A program made the position numbers and the translations under genes. The notes under the pieces are model-generated. The model saw nothing but the letters and a program-made list of their open reading frames with translations. It did no database searches and had not been told where the DNA came from. Below are positions 24,437 through 32,000 of a stretch of 32,000 bases of DNA, one piece after another (the first letter of the stretch is position 1; the number at the start of each line of letters is the position of its first letter). The DNA is from Pirellula staleyi DSM 6068 (GTDB lineage: Bacteria; Planctomycetota; Planctomycetia; Pirellulales; Pirellulaceae), in the NCBI GenBank assembly GCA_000025185.1, contig CP001848.1, positions 4,920,001 through 4,952,000 on the forward strand, in the 5' to 3' direction.

Positions 24437-25069
24437 ATGGCGCGCGCTCTGGCTGTGATTCCCGCTTGTGGCGAAAGTCGCCGCATGCAGCGTCCCAAGC
24501 TGCTCTTGCCCTGGAAAACATCCACCGTCATTGCCGCTGTCGTTCGCTCGTGGCTCTCGACACCGATCGACCGGCTCCTGATCGTCTGCCGCGCGAGCGA
24601 CGCACCTTTGCTTGAGCATCTCGAGGAACTGCGCGCGAGCCACGGCCAGCGGCTCGAGATCATTCGGCTCGATCCGCCGCCGCGCGAAATGAAAGCATCG
24701 ATTGCAGCAGCGATTCACCATCTAACGCGGGAAGTTGCCAGCTGTGACCCGCAAGACGTTCCCGCTGACTACCTAGCGATTGCGCCGGGTGATCTGCCAC
24801 GACTTCCGGCGGAGGTGATTTCGCGGTTGCTCGAGCAGATTCCCACCGACGCTGTTGTGCAGCCCTCAATCGCCGGGCGTTTGCGACATCCGGTCCTACT
24901 CCCTTGGTCGGTCGCGCGACAAATTCTGAAGCTCGACGCGTCCGAAACCCTCGCCACGCTGGTTCAGCGCGCCTCTTGCAAGGCGGTGCCATGCGACGAC
25001 CTTGCCTCCCCGCGCGACTTCGCCGATCTCGACACGCCCGAGGAGTACCAGCAGCTGCTCGACGATTAA
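24437..25069 (+). CDS. MobA/MocA-like nucleotidyltransferase (molybdenum cofactor cytidylyl/guanylyl-transferase family)
   Basis: 210 aa with an NTP_transf_3-type N-terminus (ALAVIPACGESRRMQRPKLLLPW). GAGG lies 7 nt upstream of the ATG. The gene starts 9 nt after the XdhC stop, the usual XdhC-MocA pairing. Confidence 0.75.
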   Translation: MARALAVIPACGESRRMQRPKLLLPWKTSTVIAAVVRSWLSTPIDRLLIVCRASDAPLLEHLEELRASHGQRLEIIRLDPPPREMKASIAAAIHHLTREVASCDPQDVPADYLAIAPGDLPRLPAEVISRLLEQIPTDAVVQPSIAGRLRHPVLLPWSVARQILKLDASETLATLVQRASCKAVPCDDLASPRDFADLDTPEEYQQLLDD

Positions 25070-25244
25070 GCGACGGGCAAAGCCGACCTTCCAAGATTCC
25101 TGCATTCGCGGAACCAGGATACTGGCCCGAGCGGGGGAGCTCCCTTAGACTAAATCGGCTATCTTCAGTGCGCTCGAACAAGTGCTTTTCGCCTAACGCT
25201 TTTCGCTCGTTGCCACTCGTCGTGCTTGCGGAGTTTCGATCCCT

Positions 25245-28200
25245 ATGCCAGTACGAAATCCTCGATCGTGGCCGTCCCTCTTTCCCACCGGGTTTTGGGG
25301 AATGGTGATGCTGGCCACGCTCTTGTCGCTCCCCGTTTTCGTCGGCTGCAGCGGCTGTACCCAAACTACCGCCAAGACCGAAGACGAGCTTGCCGAGGAA
25401 GAGAAGAAAAAAAAGAAGAAGGCCGAAAAGCCAAAGCCCAACTTCGAAATGCCTCCCGCGCAGCTGTTGCCCTACGACGAGGCGATTGCCGCGCAGCGCA
25501 AAGTGATGTTCGTCAAACCGGGACACTGGATTGCCACGCGGCAACTGGTGAAAGCGAATAATTTCGACTTCGCAGGGGAGATCGAAACCGCTGCTGTCGA
25601 CCGCAATCGCAACCCGCTCGACGTCGACCATACGAACTACAGCGTCTCGATGCGCACGCCAGCCGTCTTGGCGAAAGGTCGCGCCAAACAGGTCGAAACC
25701 CTCTACTATTTGCCCCGGCCCGAGAACTCTCTCTCGGCAACCTACAACCTCACTTCGGAACTTCACGCAGCGCGGGGCAGTTCGCAGCCCGAAATCAGTG
25801 GCCCACTCGCGAGCACGATGAAGGAATACGAATACTATTTCGTTGTCCTTGCAGCGAACCCCAACAGCTACCTCTATCTCGACAAGCTCAACACCATCGA
25901 GATCACGCAGGGGGATACGCTCGATACGGAATCGGTAACACGTCACTATCGCGTCCTTCGTCCGAAGACCGATCGGTCGGTTCCACTCCCCTCGAGCGCA
26001 CTCACCTGGACTTCGATTGCCTACGTTCTGTGGGACGATATTGATCCTGCTGTACTCACCACCGAACAGCAGAAAGCGATGCTCGACTGGATTCACTTCG
26101 GTGGTCAGTTGATTGTGAGTGGCCCCGGGTCGCTCGAAAAACTAAAGGGGAGCTTTCTCGATCCCTATCTTCCAGCCGACGCCACTCAGTCGCGCCGACT
26201 GGAGCAGAGCAACTTCGACGAGATCAACGCTGTCTGGTCGCTCCCCACCACCAACAAAAATGTGAAACAGTCTCCCCGCATCACCATTTTGGAAGAGAAG
26301 CCGCTGCTGGGTGTCGAGCTTCGTAAACGACCGGACGCCGATTATCTCGCCTCAACCGGCGAGATGGTCATCGAGCGCCGCGTGGGTGGAGGACGCATCG
26401 TCGCCACCGCATTCACCCTCACGGACTTGAGAATCCGCGCGTGGCTGAACTTCGATGGCTTTTTGAATTGCTGCCTGATGCGTCGCCCGCCGCGTAAATT
26501 TTCCCAAGACGAATACGCGATGCTCACCGCCAACTGGAGTGTCGAATCGTTACCGCTGGGACTTACCGATCCGCGTCTCGTTTCGACAATCCGCTATTTC
26601 AGCCGCGATATCGGCCATTTGCGCGAAGCTGGTCGCCCCGACGACACGATCCCCTCGCCACTATCACCAAACAACCCCAGCGTGCAGCTTCCAGGCGGTA
26701 CGCTGCCACTCAATCTACCCATGGCTGGCGGAGGGATGACCGGCGCGGCCCCCACCACCATCACGCCGCCACCGAACTTTTCGAACCCAGCTTTTCCACC
26801 AGTTGCTCCACCGGTAACTGCCGGTGCAGCAGCAAGTCCGGAACTAAGTCCCCCGACTACTCGCACGCTTCAGGAAGTCGACGATTGGCACTTTGCTGGC
26901 TATCGCGCGGCTCCCCAATCGGGAGTGGGAGGCTGGAACGATTTCAGCGGAGCAGCGGACGCCGCACGCAGCGCCTTGCGCGATGCTGCTGGTATTAAAA
27001 TCCCTCAAGCAAGTTTTGTGCTGCGCGTTCTGGCGGTCTATCTGCTGCTGCTCGTGCCAGTCAACTGGTTCGTCTTCTGGATCATCGGCCGCGTCGAGTG
27101 GGCCTGGGCTGCCGCGCCAGTGATCGCCATCATCGGGGCTCTCGTAGTGATTCGGATGGCTCAGCTCGACATCGGCTTTGCCCGCAACCGCACCGAGATT
27201 GCGATCCTCGAACTTCAGGGACGCTACGAGCGTGGCCATCTCTCGCGTTACACCGCACTCTACTCGTCGCTGTCGGATACTTACGAAATCGCCTTCGACG
27301 AAAATTCAGCGGTCGCTTTGCCCTTTGCTATCGATGTCAACTATCGACGCCGGGCCACGGTCCTTCCGACACGCTTACATTTCTACAGCGATAAACAGCA
27401 GCGTCTCACCGACTTCTCGGTGCAATCGAACTCCACCGACGTGCTTCACAGCGAATCGATGCACTCGCTGCAAGGTGCCATCACACTCTTGGGAGATGAA
27501 GCGAAAGGTTTCAGCGTTCGTAATGAAACCGAGCTGACGATTCGCGACTGCGGCATCGTACGCAATGTCGCCGGAAAATTGAAAGTCGCTTACCTCAGCG
27601 AACTTCCTTCGGGGACGACGCGCCAACTCAAGTTTGTCGATGCGAAGGAAGGGGCCACCGGCCCCGCAGAGTGGAAAGATTCCTACGTGATGTCGGGCGA
27701 AACAGCCGACCGCGAGACCGACAAGGGAACGGTGCGTCTCTATCGACTCGTACGACTCGCGACCGAGCGGATGGCGATTCTCCCAGGTGATATGCGGCTG
27801 GTCGGCTGGACCGATGAAGCGATCGGAGGATGCACCATTCGCCCCACCGCTCCGCAGTCGAGCAGCACCACGCTGGTGATTACGCACCTCAAACGGGGCT
27901 CGCTCCCACCTGCCCAAACCGACGTCAACATCGCCGCCGACTACACCACCTTCCAGTTCGAGGATGACGAAAACAATCCGCAGCCAACTGCAGATCCAGA
28001 AATTCCCAATACTCAGCCACCTGCTATCCCGAGCAATGGGCCCCCTAGCACTGAAGCGCCAGCCATCAATACTGAAACCAAAACACCGGACGTGAAATCG
28101 CCTGCGACACCCTCGGCCGATGCACCGCCTGCTCCTGAGAAATCTGGGGAGGCAAAATCTGCTCCCGATCAGCCAAAAGATCAGCCCGACGAGCAGGATC

Positions 28201-28304
28201 AGGAAAACGGCGAGAAAAAAGAGGGCGAGAAACCCGAGGAAAACACGCCACCTACCGAGTCCCCCTCGGAGCCAACAGCTCCTGCTCCATCTTCCACCGA
28301 TTAG
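25245..28304 (+). CDS. giant lipoprotein with central TM hairpin and GATase1-like/GldG-like segment (function unknown)
   Basis: 1019-aa ORF with a lipobox-type leader (...MVMLATLLSLPVFVG|CSGC). Downstream elements in order: a Lys/Glu linker (EEEKKKKKKAEKPKP); an N-terminal domain containing WDDIDPAVL...LDWIHFGGQLIVSGPGSLEKL; a Pro-rich linker; a two-helix hairpin (FVLRVLAVYLLLLVPVNWFVFWII-GRVE-WAWAAAPVIAIIGALVVI); a ~300-aa C-terminal domain; and a ~110-aa Pro/Glu/Lys/Asp tail. Confidence 0.7.
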   Translation: MPVRNPRSWPSLFPTGFWGMVMLATLLSLPVFVGCSGCTQTTAKTEDELAEEEKKKKKKAEKPKPNFEMPPAQLLPYDEAIAAQRKVMFVKPGHWIATRQLVKANNFDFAGEIETAAVDRNRNPLDVDHTNYSVSMRTPAVLAKGRAKQVETLYYLPRPENSLSATYNLTSELHAARGSSQPEISGPLASTMKEYEYYFVVLAANPNSYLYLDKLNTIEITQGDTLDTESVTRHYRVLRPKTDRSVPLPSSALTWTSIAYVLWDDIDPAVLTTEQQKAMLDWIHFGGQLIVSGPGSLEKLKGSFLDPYLPADATQSRRLEQSNFDEINAVWSLPTTNKNVKQSPRITILEEKPLLGVELRKRPDADYLASTGEMVIERRVGGGRIVATAFTLTDLRIRAWLNFDGFLNCCLMRRPPRKFSQDEYAMLTANWSVESLPLGLTDPRLVSTIRYFSRDIGHLREAGRPDDTIPSPLSPNNPSVQLPGGTLPLNLPMAGGGMTGAAPTTITPPPNFSNPAFPPVAPPVTAGAAASPELSPPTTRTLQEVDDWHFAGYRAAPQSGVGGWNDFSGAADAARSALRDAAGIKIPQASFVLRVLAVYLLLLVPVNWFVFWIIGRVEWAWAAAPVIAIIGALVVIRMAQLDIGFARNRTEIAILELQGRYERGHLSRYTALYSSLSDTYEIAFDENSAVALPFAIDVNYRRRATVLPTRLHFYSDKQQRLTDFSVQSNSTDVLHSESMHSLQGAITLLGDEAKGFSVRNETELTIRDCGIVRNVAGKLKVAYLSELPSGTTRQLKFVDAKEGATGPAEWKDSYVMSGETADRETDKGTVRLYRLVRLATERMAILPGDMRLVGWTDEAIGGCTIRPTAPQSSSTTLVITHLKRGSLPPAQTDVNIAADYTTFQFEDDENNPQPTADPEIPNTQPPAIPSNGPPSTEAPAINTETKTPDVKSPATPSADAPPAPEKSGEAKSAPDQPKDQPDEQDQENGEKKEGEKPEENTPPTESPSEPTAPAPSSTD

Positions 28305-28374
28305 CAACCTAGCAGCGAACGCGGCAGCATCTCCACGGCAGCATGACACACCACTAGCACCGCTTGGCAAAACC

Positions 28375-29301
28375 ATGATTGAACTGATCGACTTCGGCAA
28401 AGACTACGGCGAATTCCGCGCGGTCGAATGCCTGAATCTCAAAATCGAAGCTGGGGAGATGTTCGGTTTCATCGGCCCCAACGGAGCTGGAAAAAGTACC
28501 AGCATTCGATTTCTCGCCACCCTGCTGAAAGCAACGCGCGGCGAAGGGACCGTGAATGGGCATAGCGTCACACGCGACCCTATGGCGGTGCGACAGAGTG
28601 TCGGCTACATGCCCGACAACTTCGGCGTGTACGACGGCATGAAAGTGTGGGAGTTTCTCGACTTCTTTGCCGTGGCCTATCGCATCGGGAAGACCAAACG
28701 CAAGCAAGTGATTGCAGACGTGCTGGAGCTTCTCGATCTGGCTCACAAGCGCGACGATTTCGTCAACGGACTTTCGCGCGGCATGAAGCAGCGGCTCTGC
28801 TTGGCCAAAACCTTGGTGCACGATCCCCCCGTGCTGATTCTCGACGAGCCTAGCAGCGGTCTCGATCCCCGCGCTCGCATCGAAGTCAAAGCGCTGCTGA
28901 AAGAGTTGCGGCGCATGGGGAAAACGATCCTCATCAGTAGCCATATCCTTTCGGAACTAGCCGACTGCTGCACCAGCATCGGCATCATCGAGCGCGGTCA
29001 ACTGCTGATGCATGGCCCGATCGAGGATGTTTACCGGCGCATTCGTGGGAACCGTTCGATCGAAGTTCGCTTCACTTCCGGGATGGACGTAGGGCTCAGT
29101 GTGATTCGCAGTTTCCCCGCCACACGCAATGTGGTGGCAGATGTGAATCACTGCCTCGTCGAACTCGACACCGATGATGCGGGGGTCAGCCAGTTGCTAC
29201 AGCAGTTGGTTGCAAACAAATGCGGCATTCGCAACTTCGCCGAGAAAGACCCCTCGCTCGAAGATGTCTTCATGATGGTCACCAAGGGACTCGTCACGTA
29301 A
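28375..29301 (+). CDS. ABC transporter ATP-binding protein (ABC-2/NatA/GldA-like)
   Basis: ATG 28375 (MIELIDFGKDYG...). The track ORF start at 28120 overlaps the upstream gene, and the extra 85 aa are not protein-like. Motifs are Walker A GPNGAGKST, signature LSRGMKQRL, Walker B VLILDEPSSGLD and H-loop SSHIL. Length is 308 aa. Confidence 0.9.
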   Translation: MIELIDFGKDYGEFRAVECLNLKIEAGEMFGFIGPNGAGKSTSIRFLATLLKATRGEGTVNGHSVTRDPMAVRQSVGYMPDNFGVYDGMKVWEFLDFFAVAYRIGKTKRKQVIADVLELLDLAHKRDDFVNGLSRGMKQRLCLAKTLVHDPPVLILDEPSSGLDPRARIEVKALLKELRRMGKTILISSHILSELADCCTSIGIIERGQLLMHGPIEDVYRRIRGNRSIEVRFTSGMDVGLSVIRSFPATRNVVADVNHCLVELDTDDAGVSQLLQQLVANKCGIRNFAEKDPSLEDVFMMVTKGLVT

Positions 29302-29313
29302 CTCCGCTAACAA

Positions 29314-29349
29314 TTTCCATGCGTATTTCTAGCCAAATACGCGTGGAAA
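29314..29349 (+). terminator. strong hairpin in the convergent intergenic region (candidate terminator, no U-tract)
   Basis: TTTCCATGCGTATTT (29314-29328), loop ctagcc, AAATACGCGTGGAAA (29335-29349). This gives 15 bp including one G-U pair that exists only in the + strand RNA. The hairpin starts 13 nt after the ABC ATPase stop. No T-run follows. Confidence 0.4.
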
Positions 29350-29403
29350 CAACCGTTTCGGGCGACTATCGACGCAGCTTCTTCGGAGCGAGTGTGTGAC
29401 GAA

Positions 29404-31149
29404 TTAGGGATTCACTTTCTTCGAGTCACTTCCCCCCTTAACGCTCGAAACCTTCACTTCGAGATTCTCCCCCCCTGAGATGATCCAGCGAACATAAACG
29501 CCCCCACGACCGTCAATGCGGTCGAGTTTGACTTCAGCTGGCTTTCGCTCTTGCTCGCGCGGGCTAGTGAAAAGTGGTTCGTCGGCAATCAAAGCCGAAT
29601 GAACCTCGAGCTTGTCACCGACCAGCGAAACCAGATCGGGGCGCGTGATCTTGCGGCGCACATCAATGGCCGAATGAGTCGGGCATATCTTCGGGTTCTC
29701 GATCACTGCGGTAATCTGTTTCACGCCCCCACCGAGATCAACCATCGCGACCTCGGTAATGCTCACGAGCGGAAGTTCATCGGCGTGATAGAGCGTGAAA
29801 GCCATGTTGCGATGACACTCCTCTTCAAGCAAAAAGCTCGGAGGCTGACGCAACCAGTTCTTACGCATGCCCCCCACTTCGACCTTGCCGAACTGCGGAT
29901 GATCGATCTCTTTCCAAGGTGAAAAGCCTTCAGAAAGGAGCAGATACTTGTCGAACAAATGCTGCGTTTCGCTCGAGCCGAAAAATCCTTCATGACCCGT
30001 CGTTCGGAAAAAGTTGAACGGAGTAAAGAGCTCGTTGCTGAAGACAAACAGACCACGCACTTGATGGAGCCAATCGATCTCGCCTCCATAGACCTCGTAG
30101 AGATCGTTGGCGATGTTGATGTAGCGATAGCCTGGTAGGACCTTGCCACCACGTTCGGCCAACTGATCGTAGATCCGTATGTCGGCAGGCTCGAAGTTAT
30201 CGGTTTTGGCGCCGGGTCCACGCAAAATCATGCCACCCGCGTTGTGATAGCTCTGTCCACCAACGATGTTCGGGTACTTGGTGATGAACTCAGCGATGTG
30301 ACGATTTTCGAGAATCGAATAGGGATAGCGATGCGCGCCATTTTGAATGTGGTTGGGCTGCCAGTTCCACGCCCAATCGCGATTCGGATCGTAGAAACCA
30401 TCGCCATCTTCGTTCACCTCGCCATCGCCATCATCGTCCAGGCCTTCCTGGCCAATGATGCGAAACTCTCCTTTTTCCCCTGGTTTTACAGGGATCATAC
30501 GCCCTGGAATTTCTGGATCGGATTTTAGATTGCCTCGTGGATCGCGAACACGCATGAGCGTGATGCTCCCATCGCCATCGAGATCATCGGGTCCATCTTC
30601 ATCGACGCGACCATCGCCATCATCGTCCTTGGGACGCTGTCCGGTGCGTGGCGAGTGCGTTGTGTTTGGCTCATAGAAATGGGCATCGCGGCTGTCGGGG
30701 CTCATCATCGGCATGAGGAAGAAGACCCGCTCGTCGAGCAACTTCTCAATGACTTCGTTCGACGCGCGGCTCTCGAGGAGATACCACGCAGTGTAGAGCA
30801 CCACTTCAGTCGCCTGGATCTCGTTGGCGTGAATCGCGCCGTCGATCCACATGCCAGGACGCGAGCTGGCATCCCCCTTGGCGAAGTTCGTAACGGTAAG
30901 GACCCACATCTCGCGATCGCCCACCGTTTTCCCAGCGCTTTCGAGTTTCGCAAACTCGGGATAAGCAGCAGCGAGATCGCGCATCATGCGCGTCGATTCG
31001 GCATAGTCGTGATACTTGTTCCAGATCGCTTTTACTTTGGGATTCGACGGTGCGCCGGCGGTGATATAGCCCTTAGGATCCGCGGCTGTCGCAGCAGCGA
31101 TGCTGGTCAGCAGTACGATCGTGGCCAGCAGGCAGGAAACAAACTTCAT
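29404..31149 (-). CDS. M14-family zinc carboxypeptidase with acidic Ca-binding-like insert
   Basis: ATG 31149 gives a signal peptide (MKFVSCLLATIVLLTSIAAATAA|DP); the track ORF starts at GTG 31221. The M14 HxxE zinc motif is present in WIDGAIHANEIQATE. An Asp/Gly-rich insert is present (KDDDGDGRVDEDGPDDLDGDGS ... LDDDGDGEVNEDGDGFYDPNRDW). Length is 581 aa. Confidence 0.85.
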   Translation of the reverse strand: MKFVSCLLATIVLLTSIAAATAADPKGYITAGAPSNPKVKAIWNKYHDYAESTRMMRDLAAAYPEFAKLESAGKTVGDREMWVLTVTNFAKGDASSRPGMWIDGAIHANEIQATEVVLYTAWYLLESRASNEVIEKLLDERVFFLMPMMSPDSRDAHFYEPNTTHSPRTGQRPKDDDGDGRVDEDGPDDLDGDGSITLMRVRDPRGNLKSDPEIPGRMIPVKPGEKGEFRIIGQEGLDDDGDGEVNEDGDGFYDPNRDWAWNWQPNHIQNGAHRYPYSILENRHIAEFITKYPNIVGGQSYHNAGGMILRGPGAKTDNFEPADIRIYDQLAERGGKVLPGYRYINIANDLYEVYGGEIDWLHQVRGLFVFSNELFTPFNFFRTTGHEGFFGSSETQHLFDKYLLLSEGFSPWKEIDHPQFGKVEVGGMRKNWLRQPPSFLLEEECHRNMAFTLYHADELPLVSITEVAMVDLGGGVKQITAVIENPKICPTHSAIDVRRKITRPDLVSLVGDKLEVHSALIADEPLFTSPREQERKPAEVKLDRIDGRGGVYVRWIISGGENLEVKVSSVKGGSDSKKVNP

Positions 31150-31217
31150 CGTGTTCACGTTCTGAAGAGTTCGGTAGCGAAAGGAAAAAGCCTGGTAAGC
31201 GATGGTCGATGAACTGC

Positions 31218-32000
31218 TCACGGCGTTTCCTCCTTGGCTTCTTTGGTGGCAACTGCGGGGATGCTGATCTCGATCGACTGCGGCGGAATTGTTGCCGAAT
31301 GAAATTTCAGCTGCAGCGCTGGTGGAACTTCTTTTTCATAACGGAGGAGCCATTGCACCTCGCGCGAAGAGCCTCCTTCGATCCGGTCGAGCAATTTGCG
31401 TTTGCTCCCAATCACAAACTTGGCGTCGAGGGGCGATACGATTTCGATCTCGAGTTTCTGATGCGCGCGAGTGATTTCTCCCATGCGCGACATCGTCGGA
31501 AAACGGCCACTATTGAGAAGCTTGGTCGAGACGCGTACCAGTCCGCCACCAAGGTTTTCGACTTTGGTATCGACGAGTTTCAGCGAAGGAAGAACTTCTG
31601 GAATCGTCGCGATGAAGTTCAGGTGTTTCTGCGCGATTGGCGCGAGTTCTTCGATCGGCGGAACGATGGTGGCCATGGGAATCGGCCCGCCAACTTCCAC
31701 TTTTTTCCCTGGGAAATCGGGGTGATCGACACTGGCCCAGTCGGTCGAAGTGGCGATGCCTCGCGAGGCGAGATAACGCATCGCATTGCGTTCGGACTCC
31801 AACCGCTTGTCTTCTGCGATCGGTTTTGCACCAGCCTCTTGCGCTGTTTTTTCGTCACCTGGCTTGGATGGATCGGTCGGCTTCACATCCGTTCCCGCGC
31901 TGGTGACCGTCGCTGCCGCCGGTTCGCTCGCAGCAGGTTTGGGTTCCGCATTTTCATCGACTGTTTTCTCAGCATCACCCTCGGATTTCTTTTCTGCTGT
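31218..32000 (-). CDS. partial gene (5' end outside window); C-terminal domain paralogous to the C-terminal domain of the adjacent M14 peptidase
   Basis: The frame stays open from the listed GTG 31886 to the window edge, reading TAEKKSEGDAEKTVDENAEPKPAASEPAAATVTSAGTDVKPTD... Two segments resemble the neighbour. WASVDHPDFPGKKVEVGG matches WKEIDHPQFGKVEVGG, and VENLGGGLVRVSTKLLNSGRFPTMS matches VDLGGGVKQITAVIENPKICPTHS. Confidence 0.6.
   Translation of the reverse strand, partial: TAEKKSEGDAEKTVDENAEPKPAASEPAAATVTSAGTDVKPTDPSKPGDEKTAQEAGAKPIAEDKRLESERNAMRYLASRGIATSTDWASVDHPDFPGKKVEVGGPIPMATIVPPIEELAPIAQKHLNFIATIPEVLPSLKLVDTKVENLGGGLVRVSTKLLNSGRFPTMSRMGEITRAHQKLEIEIVSPLDAKFVIGSKRKLLDRIEGGSSREVQWLLRYEKEVPPALQLKFHSATIPPQSIEISIPAVATKEAKEETP

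Noticed and set aside
25407-25414. A8 homopolymer inside the Lys-rich linker of the 1019-aa lipoprotein gene, a possible slippage or phase-variation tract.
   Set aside because: The tract is short and simply encodes the KKKKKK run. There is no alternative downstream frame of note. It is worth only a glance in strain comparisons.
24660-26096. 478-aa minus-strand ORF, and the 341-aa minus-strand ORF at 27375-28400.
   Set aside because: Both lie antisense to the MocA-like gene and the 1019-aa lipoprotein gene. They are Arg/Gly-rich, and their only homopolymeric runs (LLLFFLLFLG) mirror the Lys/Glu linker of the sense gene. They are not credible as genes.
28120-28374. 85-codon N-terminal extension of the ABC ATPase ORF.
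   Set aside because: It overlaps the 3' end of the upstream gene in another frame and is Arg/Pro/Leu-rich. The canonical ABC N-terminus (MIELIDFGKDYG) starts at ATG 28375.
31150-31221. GTG 31221 start of the M14 peptidase, which overlaps the upstream stop as GTGA.
   Set aside because: The extra 24 residues (MSSSSTIAYQAFSFRYRTLQNVNT) would bury the signal peptide. ATG 31149 gives a textbook leader. The coupled GTG start cannot be fully excluded.
1-32000. Window-wide look for CRISPR repeats, IS/transposase/integrase genes, phage genes, rRNA/tRNA, toxin-antitoxin pairs and known defence-system gene sets.
   Set aside because: I found no regularly spaced direct repeats, no recombinase or transposase motifs, no rRNA or tRNA signatures and no recognisable defence architecture. 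The window reads as a mainly housekeeping chromosome with a few lineage-specific unknowns.

Overview
32-kb chromosomal window, roughly 55-57% GC by eye. The gene content and protein style suggest a Planctomycetota (Pirellulales-type) genome; this taxon call is inference. Supporting traits are a DUF1080 protein, a HEAT-repeat protein, giant exported multidomain proteins with Pro/Ala/Glu-rich linkers, weak Shine-Dalgarno usage and frequent GTG/TTG starts. I call 23 protein genes: polA-coaE; a TM/coiled-coil protein; a translationally coupled HEAT-repeat plus small membrane protein pair; a small ORF plus TatD-like hydrolase; two tandem exported ultra-Cys-rich proteins; a DUF1080 protein; a ~1100-aa secreted protein ending in a trypsin-like/PDZ module; pfkB-thpR-recA; a canonical HtrA protease; an ArsM-like methyltransferase; an ABM-fold protein; an XdhC plus MocA-like pair; a 1019-aa lipoprotein followed by an ABC ATPase with no adjacent permease; an M14 carboxypeptidase; and a related gene truncated by the window end. 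I recognised no rRNA, tRNA, CRISPR array, IS/transposase/integrase or phage gene. The window looks mostly core-like and is not an obvious island or defence locus. Items most worth a second look: (1) the tandem pair of leader-bearing proteins with metallothionein-level cysteine density (10835-11739); (2) the ~760-nt purine/GGA-rich, lower-GC, apparently non-coding stretch at the left edge, which has nested and mutually exclusive stems; (3) the apparently degenerate catalytic triad (Asp to Asn, Ser to Ile) in the giant protease-like protein, next to a canonical HtrA paralogue; (4) the giant TM-hairpin lipoprotein plus permease-less ABC ATPase; (5) the C-terminal tandem EVDPFG motifs on a membrane-anchored coiled-coil protein; (6) a triple CTGTAT/ATACAG motif overlapping a candidate recA promoter. 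All functional calls rest on motif recognition by eye; no database search was possible.
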